Positions 27,597-36,444 of a stretch of 63,599 nt of DNA are shown piece after piece. How positions within the stretch are numbered: position 1 is the stretch's first letter; every line of letters starts with the position of its first letter. The position numbers and the translations under genes were made by a program. Location: positions 1 through 63,599 of the IMG/VR virus record IMGVR_UViG_3300045988_069679; one strand, 5' to 3'. Under the pieces are notes generated by a model. That model saw nothing but the letters and a program-made list of their open reading frames with translations, was not told the origin of the DNA and ran no database searches. The DNA is from a virus.

Positions 27597-27656
27597 AGGT
27601 TTGGGGATTCTTTCCCCTTACCTAACTATTAAAGAATAAGAAAGAGAGAAAAGAAA

Positions 27657-27935
27657 ATGGCAAATTTTTATAGCACAAATTGCGTTGTAGAGTTTTTACA
27701 AGGGAATAACAAGATAGAAAGCTATAAAGTTACAAAGGTGGAACTATTAGACTTTAATGACATGGAAGGTTGGAATTATTTAGTACATGTTTCTGTTAAG
27801 TCTATAGAGGGTTATAAAAACAAACGAATCAAGTTAGTTACAAATAGCACATACTTAGAAGGCTTTGAATGGAATGATGAGGAAACACAAGTAGCTAATT
27901 TTGATAACTGGTTAGCTGAATTAGTAGGAGTGTAA
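27657..27935 (+). CDS. Hypothetical early protein
   Basis: ORF track. Confidence 0.65.
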   Translation: MANFYSTNCVVEFLQGNNKIESYKVTKVELLDFNDMEGWNYLVHVSVKSIEGYKNKRIKLVTNSTYLEGFEWNDEETQVANFDNWLAELVGV

Positions 27936-28025
27936 GGGGGTAATTTTACCCCTTGGGATTTAAGAAATTGAAAAACTGTATAAGTATAATCAACTAACAC
28001 AAAAAAAGAAAGTAGAGAAATTAAA

Positions 28026-28319
28026 ATGAAATTATTAAAGGGTTTGGGCATTGCTTTGGTATTGTTTTACGCTTGGGTATTTATAGCAGTCAACTTTGTT
28101 ACTGTTGGGGTAAATAGTAAAGATACAGCACAAGAAAGCACTAAATCTGTAGAAGAAACTAGCTTGAAAGCAGAAATGAAAGACGCTGAGATTTTGAGCA
28201 AGTTCTACAATGAAAAAGGGTATTTTATTGTAGTATACAATGGAATCACAAAAGCCCCTGAGGTGCTTCAGGTTGATTTTTCTGAGTGGGAGCTGATGAG
28301 TATTGGGGAACTGTATTAA
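28026..28319 (+). CDS. Hypothetical early membrane/secreted protein (N-terminal TM or signal)
   Basis: ORF track; hydrophobic LGIALVLFYAWVFIAVNFVTV. Confidence 0.65.
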   Translation: MKLLKGLGIALVLFYAWVFIAVNFVTVGVNSKDTAQESTKSVEETSLKAEMKDAEILSKFYNEKGYFIVVYNGITKAPEVLQVDFSEWELMSIGELY

Positions 28320-28372
28320 AACGCTGTAGGGGGCTTGTGAGAGCCTTCTAGGGCTATGCTAGAGGTAAATAT

Positions 28373-28627
28373 ATGAGTAGATATGATAAAATGCTGGTAG
28401 TTCATATCTTTGGGGGTTCTGCTATTTTCAAAAGTCCTTCTGGAAAATTATTAGAGGTTGAAGCTAGCCCTTTTGGATATGTAAAAATGTTAAAAGATAT
28501 AAACTTTTTATACTTTGAGTTCTTTGTATTAGATAATTTTATAAATACTTTTTACATGGGTTATAGTTATGAAGAGTTTTACAAACAATTAAAAATTAGA
28601 ATGGGAATAGAACAAAATGAAAATTAA
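28373..28627 (+). CDS. Hypothetical early protein
   Basis: ORF track; RBS AGAGG. Confidence 0.65.
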   Translation: MSRYDKMLVVHIFGGSAIFKSPSGKLLEVEASPFGYVKMLKDINFLYFEFFVLDNFINTFYMGYSYEEFYKQLKIRMGIEQNEN

Positions 28628-28631
28628 AAAA

Positions 28632-28772
28632 ATGAAATTACTAAAATTTATGGCTTTGCCTTCTTTCTTGGGGTATAGTGTGTTAGCTAACCTAAACTAC
28701 ACTTTTTCGCTGATGATTCTTTGTGGATTTGTGGTTGTCACAGCCTTACAATTCATGTATGTTACAGACTAG
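28632..28772 (+). CDS. Small hydrophobic ORF (46 aa, MKLLKFMALPSFLGYSVLANLNYTFSLMILCGFVVVTALQFMYVTD), below the ORF-track cutoff
   Basis: Fills the gap between flanking genes and predicts two TM-like segments. No clear SD. Confidence 0.4.
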   Translation: MKLLKFMALPSFLGYSVLANLNYTFSLMILCGFVVVTALQFMYVTD

Positions 28773-28784
28773 GAGGGCATTAAA

Positions 28785-28997
28785 ATGAGAGAATACACAG
28801 CAAATAACGGAACAAAGGTAACTATACTAGGTAACACTTTAACTTGTGTCAGGGAGGGTCTTATTATGGTTTTCCCTAATGTGAAAATGACTTATGTATC
28901 TAAAGTTGGATTTATTGCAGATAATGGAATTTATAAAGTGTACCCAGAGTTAGATAGTGGGAAAATTGAAAGTTTTAATATAGAAAAGGTTGAATAA
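28785..28997 (+). CDS. Hypothetical early protein
   Basis: ORF track; RBS AGGAGGG. Confidence 0.7.
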   Translation: MREYTANNGTKVTILGNTLTCVREGLIMVFPNVKMTYVSKVGFIADNGIYKVYPELDSGKIESFNIEKVE

Positions 28998-29209
28998 TGG
29001 ATAAGAGAACTTTAAAAAATGCTTGGCAAACTGCTAGAAATAAGCGTGTGACTGCTGAGGTATTAGACACATTTCTGATTGAGGTTTTTGTGTTATACAG
29101 TTATGACCACAAAGAAGAGCCTCCTTTCTTGCTTGGTAAGGATTTACAGAAGGCATTGAATTTACCTTTTGCTGTTAAGTTTAGACAGCTTGAGAGGGTT
29201 CTTGGATAA
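28997..29209 (+). CDS. Hypothetical early protein
   Basis: ORF track; TAATG coupling. Confidence 0.65.
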   Translation: MDKRTLKNAWQTARNKRVTAEVLDTFLIEVFVLYSYDHKEEPPFLLGKDLQKALNLPFAVKFRQLERVLG

Positions 29210-29406
29210 TGAAAATAGAAAAAGATATGATAATTAGGTGCATACGCAACATTGGAAGGCATAAAGAGGGTCTTATATTTAAAGTTGTAGACGTTGGGGG
29301 TTCTCTTGCCTTTGCTATAAATGTAAATGATAAAAACGATAAGATGATACTCTATAGGTATTCAGAGCTTGTAGAAGAGGTAGGGAAAGGAGATTTCTAT
29401 GTTTAA
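29209..29406 (+). CDS. Array-1 paralogue a (65 aa, single small beta-barrel-like unit, ends GDFYV)
   Basis: ORF track; TAATG coupling; C-terminal motif shared with the next three genes. Confidence 0.7.
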   Translation: MKIEKDMIIRCIRNIGRHKEGLIFKVVDVGGSLAFAINVNDKNDKMILYRYSELVEEVGKGDFYV

Positions 29407-29614
29407 TATTGGGGACATAATTGAACTAACCAAAAATGTATTATTTTATAAACAAGGCTTAATTTGTAAAGTTTTAGAAATTGATGAAGATAATTCTAAT
29501 TATGGTTGGGTTGAAATTTTAAAGGATTCTAATGGTAAATTAGATGTAGGTAAGAGAAAACATGCAAACCTAACTATATTTAAGTTAGTAAGAAGGGGTG
29601 GTTTCTATGTTTAA
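29399..29614 (+). CDS. Array-1 paralogue b (71 aa, MFNIGDII..., ends GGFYV)
   Basis: ORF track; ATGTTTAA start/stop overlap. Confidence 0.7.
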   Translation: MFNIGDIIELTKNVLFYKQGLICKVLEIDEDNSNYGWVEILKDSNGKLDVGKRKHANLTIFKLVRRGGFYV

Positions 29615-29948
29615 GGTTGGCGATATAGTATGGGCTAAAAATAGTGGATATTCAATGACTTTCTATCATAGACCTTGCAAAGTATTGAGCTATAATAGTG
29701 AAGGTATGCGTGTTAGGATTATAGATAGTGGTAGCACCTTCACAGTGCAAGAATCTGTATTTGAGCTTGTTCCAGAAGGTGGAATACTTGACCCAGGTGA
29801 TAAACTTATCCACAAAGAATCTAAGGAAATGCTAGTTTTTACAGCGTATGTTGATTGTGATTTTATAAAGTGTAGAGACTCTTTTAATGAGGTAAAACAA
29901 TTTAAAATCCAAGAGGTAGAAAGGTTTAGGGAAATATTTTATGTTTAA
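29607..29948 (+). CDS. Array-1 paralogue c (113 aa, MFKVGDIVW...YHRPCKV, two-unit, ends EIFYV)
   Basis: ATG 29607 chosen by analogy: same ATGTTTAA junction and MFK start as its neighbours. Confidence 0.7.
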   Translation: MFKVGDIVWAKNSGYSMTFYHRPCKVLSYNSEGMRVRIIDSGSTFTVQESVFELVPEGGILDPGDKLIHKESKEMLVFTAYVDCDFIKCRDSFNEVKQFKIQEVERFREIFYV

Positions 29949-30285
29949 AGAAGGTGACATTGTATGGTGTACTGATGATAGATATAGAGTGACTAGTTAT
30001 CATAGACCTTGCTTAGTTAAGGGTTATGATAGTTTTGGTAGCTTATTACTACAAGCCTTTGACCAATCAGATTTAACAGAATATGACGTAAAAGAGAGAT
30101 ATTTTGAACTAGTACCAAGTTTTAAAGTATTAAAAGCTGGTCAAATGATTGGAATTATGGGATTAAGTAGGTTAGTTGAATTTAAAAAGTATAAAAATAA
30201 AGGTTATATTGAAGTAGCTGATGGTGATTGGTACTCAGAATACCATGTAAATGACATTATATTTGAAGAGAGGTTTTATATCTAA
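29941..30285 (+). CDS. Array-1 paralogue d (114 aa, MFKEGDIVW...YHRPCLV, two-unit, ends ERFYI)
   Basis: ORF track; ATGTTTAA junction. Confidence 0.7.
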   Translation: MFKEGDIVWCTDDRYRVTSYHRPCLVKGYDSFGSLLLQAFDQSDLTEYDVKERYFELVPSFKVLKAGQMIGIMGLSRLVEFKKYKNKGYIEVADGDWYSEYHVNDIIFEERFYI

Positions 30286-30629
30286 TGCTTGCAAACTTAA
30301 CAGGTCATGATATTTACATTGTGGATAGACATGGCACAGTAGTAACCACTATACAGCCTTGTGAGACGGAAGAGCCTTTGAGAGCTGAGGTTACACTAAG
30401 AAGACAGAAAAAAATCGAAGGAATCAAGCTAACTAAGTTATATTATAGGTCTAATATCACAGAGCGTAAAATGCAAGAATTGCTGAATAAGTATGATGGT
30501 ATTATTGTATCTAAGATAACAGCAGAGTGCTTGAAAGAGCTAGGATACACAGATAAGATTTATATCACAGGTAGAAAATTCTATAAGCATGGGGAACTTA
30601 TCGGTGTGAAAGAATTATGTATATTATAA
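30285..30629 (+). CDS. Hypothetical early protein
   Basis: ORF track; TAATG coupling. Confidence 0.65.
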   Translation: MLANLTGHDIYIVDRHGTVVTTIQPCETEEPLRAEVTLRRQKKIEGIKLTKLYYRSNITERKMQELLNKYDGIIVSKITAECLKELGYTDKIYITGRKFYKHGELIGVKELCIL

Positions 30630-30647
30630 GGTAAAGGAAAGAAGAAA

Positions 30648-32189
30648 ATGAAAATGCAATCAGTATCAAAAGAAAATATGGAAACATTCAAGGAATCAAT
30701 GCTATCAAAGAAAGAGTTTGAGGAGCTTGTGGGAGAGGTAAAAACAAACAAAGAGCTTGCTGAAAAGCTTGCACAGATTGAAGCACCAGCAGACATTGAA
30801 GGTTATGGAGCTGACTTTGTGGAAGCTGTTAAGACCTTAAACAGTCATACAGATTTTGTTGAGATTATCCGTCAATGGGATTTAGTAGATAAACTAAGAG
30901 AGTATCAAAGCTTATTCCCTAGTGGATATACTTTCAATGATATTTACCTAACTAGTCCTATTCCTACTGTTCTTGTGGGATTGGATAAGGAACGCACACT
31001 TTTAACATATCCTGAAAAGTGGTATGAAGACCACAAAGAAGAGCTTTTAAAAGTGCTTGACTCACTGATTTACCGTAAGAAAAATGAAGGTGTGGCTTAC
31101 ACAGAGCCTAAGAATAAAATCAAAGACCTTGAAAGATTTATTTCAGATAACAACCTAAACAGATACCCTAAAGTGTTCTCTTACATGCTTATGAGAAGCA
31201 CTAATGAAAGGTATACTACTGATGGACATAAAGTAGACATTTTAGGCAAGTTTCAAGGTTATGTGTCTAAGAAATTTGATAAAAAGATTCAAGGAATCAA
31301 TGAAAATTTAGTAAAAATTACTTATGCAAGCATGGTAAAAGACTACTTTGGTCTTGATTTAGATGAATCAAAAAATGCTCCTAAGTTGGCTAAACAGCTT
31401 AAAAAGGCTGGTATTGACTACACAGAAGAAGAAATCCGTCACTTTGGAGAGGTTAAGTTCTGGTGGGAAGATTGGAACAAGGTTAACATTTCCACAATTA
31501 GCAATAGTGTCTTTCGTGCAAGAGACTTGTGGGTAGATAAAGCAGACTTTAATATCCCAGCTCTTGTGGACGATTGGGCTTTCAACGATAGCTGTAACAA
31601 GTATGATAGTAGCGCTGGTTCTGATACTCATCTTGTGTTAAGAGCTTTCGGATTTGAATACCTCAAAGGGTATTCTGTAGGATATACAAAAGATAATGGA
31701 TATGCCTTATACCCAGCTATGAGAACTTATTTCTTGAGAAAAGACAGCGATATTGCTCATGCTGGTACTTATGCAGACTTTAACGGTACAAGAGCCAAAG
31801 CATGCTATGAATTTACTACAGTCCTCTTGTGTATCTTCTTTAACAAGAAAGTAGATGACTTTTCTAAAATCTATGGTATGAATATTGACTGTAAATCTTA
31901 TGATGACCCACACTATAATAATATCAACTTTTGGGCTAACCAAGCTAAGAATGAATACGCTAAATGGGGTACAGCACAGCTTTTCAGAGACTATGGTAAA
32001 GAAGATATGCTACACTACATTAGTAACAATGAGAGTCTACGAAGCACACTCTATGACCGCTTAGATACTTTTGAGCTAAGAGCATTGAAACAAAAATACA
32101 TGAACTTTACTGGTGTACAACTAACAGAGAAAGCACCAGAAGTTAAAGAACTAACACCACTTACTAAAGAACTATTGGAATTGATTTAA
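30648..32189 (+). CDS. Large early protein of unknown function (513 aa)
   Basis: ORF track; RBS AAGGAAAGAAG; no motif recognised. Confidence 0.75.
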   Translation: MKMQSVSKENMETFKESMLSKKEFEELVGEVKTNKELAEKLAQIEAPADIEGYGADFVEAVKTLNSHTDFVEIIRQWDLVDKLREYQSLFPSGYTFNDIYLTSPIPTVLVGLDKERTLLTYPEKWYEDHKEELLKVLDSLIYRKKNEGVAYTEPKNKIKDLERFISDNNLNRYPKVFSYMLMRSTNERYTTDGHKVDILGKFQGYVSKKFDKKIQGINENLVKITYASMVKDYFGLDLDESKNAPKLAKQLKKAGIDYTEEEIRHFGEVKFWWEDWNKVNISTISNSVFRARDLWVDKADFNIPALVDDWAFNDSCNKYDSSAGSDTHLVLRAFGFEYLKGYSVGYTKDNGYALYPAMRTYFLRKDSDIAHAGTYADFNGTRAKACYEFTTVLLCIFFNKKVDDFSKIYGMNIDCKSYDDPHYNNINFWANQAKNEYAKWGTAQLFRDYGKEDMLHYISNNESLRSTLYDRLDTFELRALKQKYMNFTGVQLTEKAPEVKELTPLTKELLELI

Positions 32190-32202
32190 AAGGAGAATTA
32201 AC

Positions 32203-33327
32203 ATGAAACACACATTTATTGACGTACTAACTAAAACACAAACAGAAATGCAAGAATGGCTTCCAGAAGTATTGGCTGATTATGGTTATCAGATTAAGGT
32301 AACAGATTACATGATTCAAGCTATTAGCTCAGAAGAGAATCAGCCTTGTCTTGTGGCTCACCTAGACACAATCAACACTAAGCGCAAGACCTACAACTAC
32401 GGTACTTACTATCAAACTACAGCAACTACAAGCACAGAAAAAGACCGTACCCCAGAGGTACAAGATATTCTAGTCACAGAGCGCTATATCTTATTGTCTC
32501 CTGAGTGTAAATCTAGTATTCAATGTTTGGGTGCTGATGACAGAGTTGGAGTTAAGACTATCCTAGATATTCTTGAGATGGGTCTCAGACCTCATATTTT
32601 GTTCACTACAGACGAAGAAGTGGGTTGTGTGGGTTCTAGGAAGGCATTAGAAGAAAATGCGCTAGAGGGGCTAAAAATGGCTTCTATGCTTATCCAAATT
32701 GACCGTGGTGTTCATAAGCGTTCTTGGCATGAAATGGTGACTTATGATTTTGACCCTGAATCACACAAGGAAATCTTTGATGAATTGGGTAAAACTTATA
32801 CAATGGCTACAGGTTCATACACAGACGTTGCAGTTCTTGGGCCACATTTAGACAAGCCTATTGTGAATGTATCAGCAAGCTATCGCCATGAGCATACCAC
32901 AGACGAATTTATCAACCTAGATGCCTATGAATATAACACACAAGGACTAATCAAGTTCATTAAATGGGCACAGGAACAAGACACAAGCGAATGGAAGTAT
33001 GTAGCTAAGTATGTACCACCAAAACCAGTAACAACATACACACGTACCTCAGACTTTACTAACTACCCTCCTAAGTTTGGGATTGCAAGACCTAGCTTGT
33101 GGGTAAAAGGTAAGGGTTATGGAAAAGCAGAAGACTACCTCACAGAAATGTGTAAGTCACAGTTCATGAGACCTAAAGACATCTTTGATAGATTCATTGA
33201 TGAAGGATATGATGAAGAAGAGCTACTTGACTGTTTAGACTTAGCTTATAGCCTTGGAGCTGAGTTCACAAACATGTGGCAATTAAACTATATTCTTGAA
33301 GGTAAGATTTACCAACACGTTGAATAA
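32203..33327 (+). CDS. M28/M20-type Zn metallohydrolase-like protein
   Basis: Ordered motifs AHLDT, GADDRVG, TTDEEVGCVGS, IQIDRG, YRHEHT resemble the M28 metal ligands (HxD, D, EE, D, H). Confidence 0.5.
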   Translation: MKHTFIDVLTKTQTEMQEWLPEVLADYGYQIKVTDYMIQAISSEENQPCLVAHLDTINTKRKTYNYGTYYQTTATTSTEKDRTPEVQDILVTERYILLSPECKSSIQCLGADDRVGVKTILDILEMGLRPHILFTTDEEVGCVGSRKALEENALEGLKMASMLIQIDRGVHKRSWHEMVTYDFDPESHKEIFDELGKTYTMATGSYTDVAVLGPHLDKPIVNVSASYRHEHTTDEFINLDAYEYNTQGLIKFIKWAQEQDTSEWKYVAKYVPPKPVTTYTRTSDFTNYPPKFGIARPSLWVKGKGYGKAEDYLTEMCKSQFMRPKDIFDRFIDEGYDEEELLDCLDLAYSLGAEFTNMWQLNYILEGKIYQHVE

Positions 33328-33332
33328 AAGAA

Positions 33333-33362
33333 AAAAGGAGAGCTAATTTGCTCTCCTTTTAA
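33333..33362 (+). terminator. Intrinsic terminator ending the 25-33 kb early operon
   Basis: AAAAGGAGAGC-taattt-GCTCTCCTTTT. Confidence 0.8.
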
Positions 33363-33457
33363 GGTTACTTTATGTACTTATAAGTATATCACACACAGCA
33401 GAATCTTGCAAATTAAAAACTCTTTTAGGTTAAAACTTTTATAGGTTATGTACCTTT

Positions 33458-33486
33458 TTGGTGGAAATATAAGTTTTCTTTATATT
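33458..33486 (+). promoter_or_regulatory. Promoter TTGGTG-17-TATATT (repeat unit B1)
   Basis: TTGGTGgaaatataagttttcttTATATT. Confidence 0.5.
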
Positions 33487-33564
33487 ATATATACTCTTGT
33501 ATATGTGATAAATAAGTACATAGTCTACTTTATTCTACACAGATATTATAGCGTATGTATACTT

Positions 33565-33593
33565 TTGGTGGATATATAAGTTTTCTTTATAAT
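33565..33593 (+). promoter_or_regulatory. Promoter TTGGTG-17-TATAAT (repeat unit B2)
   Basis: TTGGTGgatatataagttttcttTATAAT. Confidence 0.55.
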
Positions 33594-33679
33594 ATACTAT
33601 ATACTAGTAATTAGTATACTTGTATATGTGATAAAAGAATACATACCATATGACTAAAATACCAAACCCTAGACCAAGC

Positions 33680-33712
33680 AAAATGTTCGTAGTCAAGCTA
33701 CAAACATTTTTT
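33680..33712. promoter_or_regulatory. Hairpin B: 13-bp stem with one mismatch followed by TTGGGG (terminator/attenuator or operator); inverted copy of 24802..24836
   Basis: AAAATGTTCGTAG-tcaag-CTACAAACATTTT. Confidence 0.6.
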
Positions 33713-33744
33713 GGGGACAATATAAAATTTCTTGTAGTTGACTA

Positions 33745-33773
33745 TTGCTTTCTGTGTGTGATTGTGCTATACT
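33745..33773 (+). promoter_or_regulatory. Promoter TTGCTT-17-TGcTATACT for the replication operon
   Basis: TTGCTTtctgtgtgtgattgTGcTATACT, with the same -35/-10 as the 25012 promoter. Confidence 0.6.
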
Positions 33774-33806
33774 AGATTTATCAATTAACGAATGAGAGGT
33801 TACTTT

Positions 33807-34691
33807 ATGTATTTCAAAGTACATGTAAATATGTTTCAGCACAAAGATTTAAAGAACTTATCTGACATATTCTTGTATAGCTTTCTGTGTGGATTTGCCA
33901 AGGAAGACCAAAAAGAGGTTTATTCTCACTATACTAACCAGCAACTTGTGGATATTTTTGGATGTTCATCACAAACAATCTCTAACTCAATCACTCGTCT
34001 TGTGAAGCTAGGATTGGTTAAACGTTATGAGGATACTCGTTTCAGTGAATCTAACCATGATTTCTTCTGTAGACGAACTATTGTGACAGATACTACATTG
34101 TACCGTAGCTATGCTGGAGAGCATTATCTTTCTGTGAACACTAATTGGTTATCAGATTGGAAATTACCTTTCAGAGCTGTGCAGTTACTAGCATTGTTTT
34201 GGTCTAGCTATTTCATGAATAACTCTAGAATTATTGAGTTTACTACTGAGCATGTAATGGACATTATGGGAAATGTAAATTACAGAACGTATATCAATAA
34301 CTATAACCTTTTAGAAGAGCTAGGATTGATTAAAGTATACTCAGAGAAACATGAGCATTATAAATGTATTGAGCTTTGTGTGGAATACCTTGGGGAAGAG
34401 GTAAATCCAGAAGAGGTTCTAGGTTCTGCTGTGGAAACTGAAAGCATTAAGTCTTCTGTGGGAAAGCTAAAGTCTGTGGTATCTTACTTTGTTAAATTCC
34501 TAAGACAGAAGAGTAGTAAGGTAGTTAAGAATCTGTTACACAAGCTAGACCCTTCAATCTCTGTGAAGAGAACACTAGAGCCTTTGTGGCAAGCCTTTGA
34601 CTATTATGACAGACTATCAATCAGGTCAAGAATCCCAGAAGATGCAGACCCTAGAGATGGTTATTTTGTACAAGGAGAAGGATATGCCTAA
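33807..34691 (+). CDS. Winged-helix DNA-binding protein, replication initiator candidate
   Basis: Segment QQLVDIFGCSSQTISNSITRLVKLGLVKR looks like an HTH/wHTH. First gene of the replication operon. ATG 33807 has a GAGAGG RBS. Confidence 0.4.
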   Translation: MYFKVHVNMFQHKDLKNLSDIFLYSFLCGFAKEDQKEVYSHYTNQQLVDIFGCSSQTISNSITRLVKLGLVKRYEDTRFSESNHDFFCRRTIVTDTTLYRSYAGEHYLSVNTNWLSDWKLPFRAVQLLALFWSSYFMNNSRIIEFTTEHVMDIMGNVNYRTYINNYNLLEELGLIKVYSEKHEHYKCIELCVEYLGEEVNPEEVLGSAVETESIKSSVGKLKSVVSYFVKFLRQKSSKVVKNLLHKLDPSISVKRTLEPLWQAFDYYDRLSIRSRIPEDADPRDGYFVQGEGYA

Positions 34692-36444
34692 GAATAAGTT
34701 TATTGAACTCTTACAACGAAACTTTGGAGAAAAAGACCTTGTTAACTTTGGGGTAAATAAAAAGTATTACCTAGAGCGTAAGGCTAAAGAAGACCCTGAG
34801 TTTGAGGATAGATTCAGTCGTGACTTTGAACAAGCAAAGCACTTTGTGAAAAATATTGGTTCACAAGTTAAAGCTCTAAGAAACAAGTATGACCTATACT
34901 TATCATTCACACATACGGGTGGACAAGAGCGTAAGAAAACCAATGCACAAGACACTTATATCATTGCACAAGACATTGATGGAGCACCTATTCCTACAGA
35001 CCTACCTCCTAGCTATTATTGGGAAACAAGTCCTAATAAGTATCAAGGGGTATGGGTATTAGATAACAAGGTGAATCCACAAGAGCATGAGGTTCTGTGT
35101 AGAAAACTTGTTAAAAAGTATGGTTTTGACCCTTGTGGTGTGGATATTGTACATCTCTATCGAATCCCTGGTACTGTGAATCACAAGTATGCTACAGACT
35201 TTAAGGTTAGTGGTATGAAGGGTGATGGTACTGTGTACCGTAAGCGTGAATTTGTGAAGTTCCTAGAGGACGTAGACATTTCTACACGCAAGATGGCTGA
35301 TGAAGGGGGTATTGAGTATATCCAATATGACTTAGATGCTGTGTTATCTGAGTATAATGCCTTTCCTGAGTTCACTCATCAGCTTGCTATTGATAGGTCT
35401 GAATGGGCTTGGAAATTAGAGCAGAAGATGATTTTTGGTGGAGCTAGTAAGGAAGAGGTTAAGTTTGTACTCTTAAATGCTCCTGACAAGATGGCTAAGT
35501 TCACAGAAGAGACTGTAGATGCAGAAGTACACAGAGCCTTTGCTAAATCAGAAGAAGGTGAAGAAGAAGCTGTAGAAGCTGTTACAGAGCTTCCTAAGAA
35601 AGTAACCATTGAGGAGAATAAGGGTAAGACCTTATCTACTGTGAGACAAAAAGGGGAGAAGAAAAAGAACAAGTTTAATATCGTCAGAGTTGATGAGATT
35701 GAACCTTTTGACCCTACAGACTTTTGGCTCATTGAAGATTTCTGGGAGAATGGTTCTGTGGGAGTTATTGGGGCACCTTCTAAATCCTTCAAGTCAACCT
35801 TTGCCCTTAACTTAGCTTGTGCTGTGGCTACTGGTAAGCCTTTTGATGGTAGAGAAGTTAAGCAAGGTGCTGTGCTGATTATTCAAGGCGAAAATAACTT
35901 GTCTATGGAACAGCATAAGATTTATGCCATTACTGGTTCTGAAACACCTCCTCCTATTTATTTTGTGGAAGATGCTATTAACATGCAACAAATGCACAAG
36001 TTAGAGAATGACATTAGAGAGTTAGAAATTAAGCTCTTAATCATTGACCCTATGTATTTGCTCTTTGGTAGTGGAGATATTAACCGTCACCAAGATATTG
36101 TAGAACGGTTAGAGATTCTCACAAAACTATCAAAGAATACTGGTTGTGCTGTGATGTTGATTCACCACAGTAGAAAGCTAGAGCGTGGAGCTAAGATTCA
36201 AACTGCTGATATGTATGGTTCAGCCTTCATTGAGGGTTGGTATGAGTCTATGATTCTCCTTCAACGTAAAACCAATAACTCAAGTACCCTTACTACATAT
36301 TTCCGTAACCATAAATCAGGAGATGTGTATGACCTTGTGGTAGATGATAACATGGGTTGTAAAGCCTATGCTCGCAAGGGAGAAAGTGCTTATGAAGCTC
36401 CTGAGACAGACTTTGGTGTATTGGCAGGTGATGAAGATGACTAA
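34684..36444 (+). CDS. Primase-polymerase (RepB/prim-pol-like N-terminus) fused to a RecA-fold AAA_25-type helicase/ATPase domain
   Basis: AQDIDG, YQGVWVL and RIPGTVNHK in the N-terminal half. GAPSKSFKST (Walker A) and LLIIDPM (Walker B) in the C-terminal half. ATG 34684 has an AAGGAGAAGG RBS. Confidence 0.65.
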   Translation: MPKNKFIELLQRNFGEKDLVNFGVNKKYYLERKAKEDPEFEDRFSRDFEQAKHFVKNIGSQVKALRNKYDLYLSFTHTGGQERKKTNAQDTYIIAQDIDGAPIPTDLPPSYYWETSPNKYQGVWVLDNKVNPQEHEVLCRKLVKKYGFDPCGVDIVHLYRIPGTVNHKYATDFKVSGMKGDGTVYRKREFVKFLEDVDISTRKMADEGGIEYIQYDLDAVLSEYNAFPEFTHQLAIDRSEWAWKLEQKMIFGGASKEEVKFVLLNAPDKMAKFTEETVDAEVHRAFAKSEEGEEEAVEAVTELPKKVTIEENKGKTLSTVRQKGEKKKNKFNIVRVDEIEPFDPTDFWLIEDFWENGSVGVIGAPSKSFKSTFALNLACAVATGKPFDGREVKQGAVLIIQGENNLSMEQHKIYAITGSETPPPIYFVEDAINMQQMHKLENDIRELEIKLLIIDPMYLLFGSGDINRHQDIVERLEILTKLSKNTGCAVMLIHHSRKLERGAKIQTADMYGSAFIEGWYESMILLQRKTNNSSTLTTYFRNHKSGDVYDLVVDDNMGCKAYARKGESAYEAPETDFGVLAGDEDD

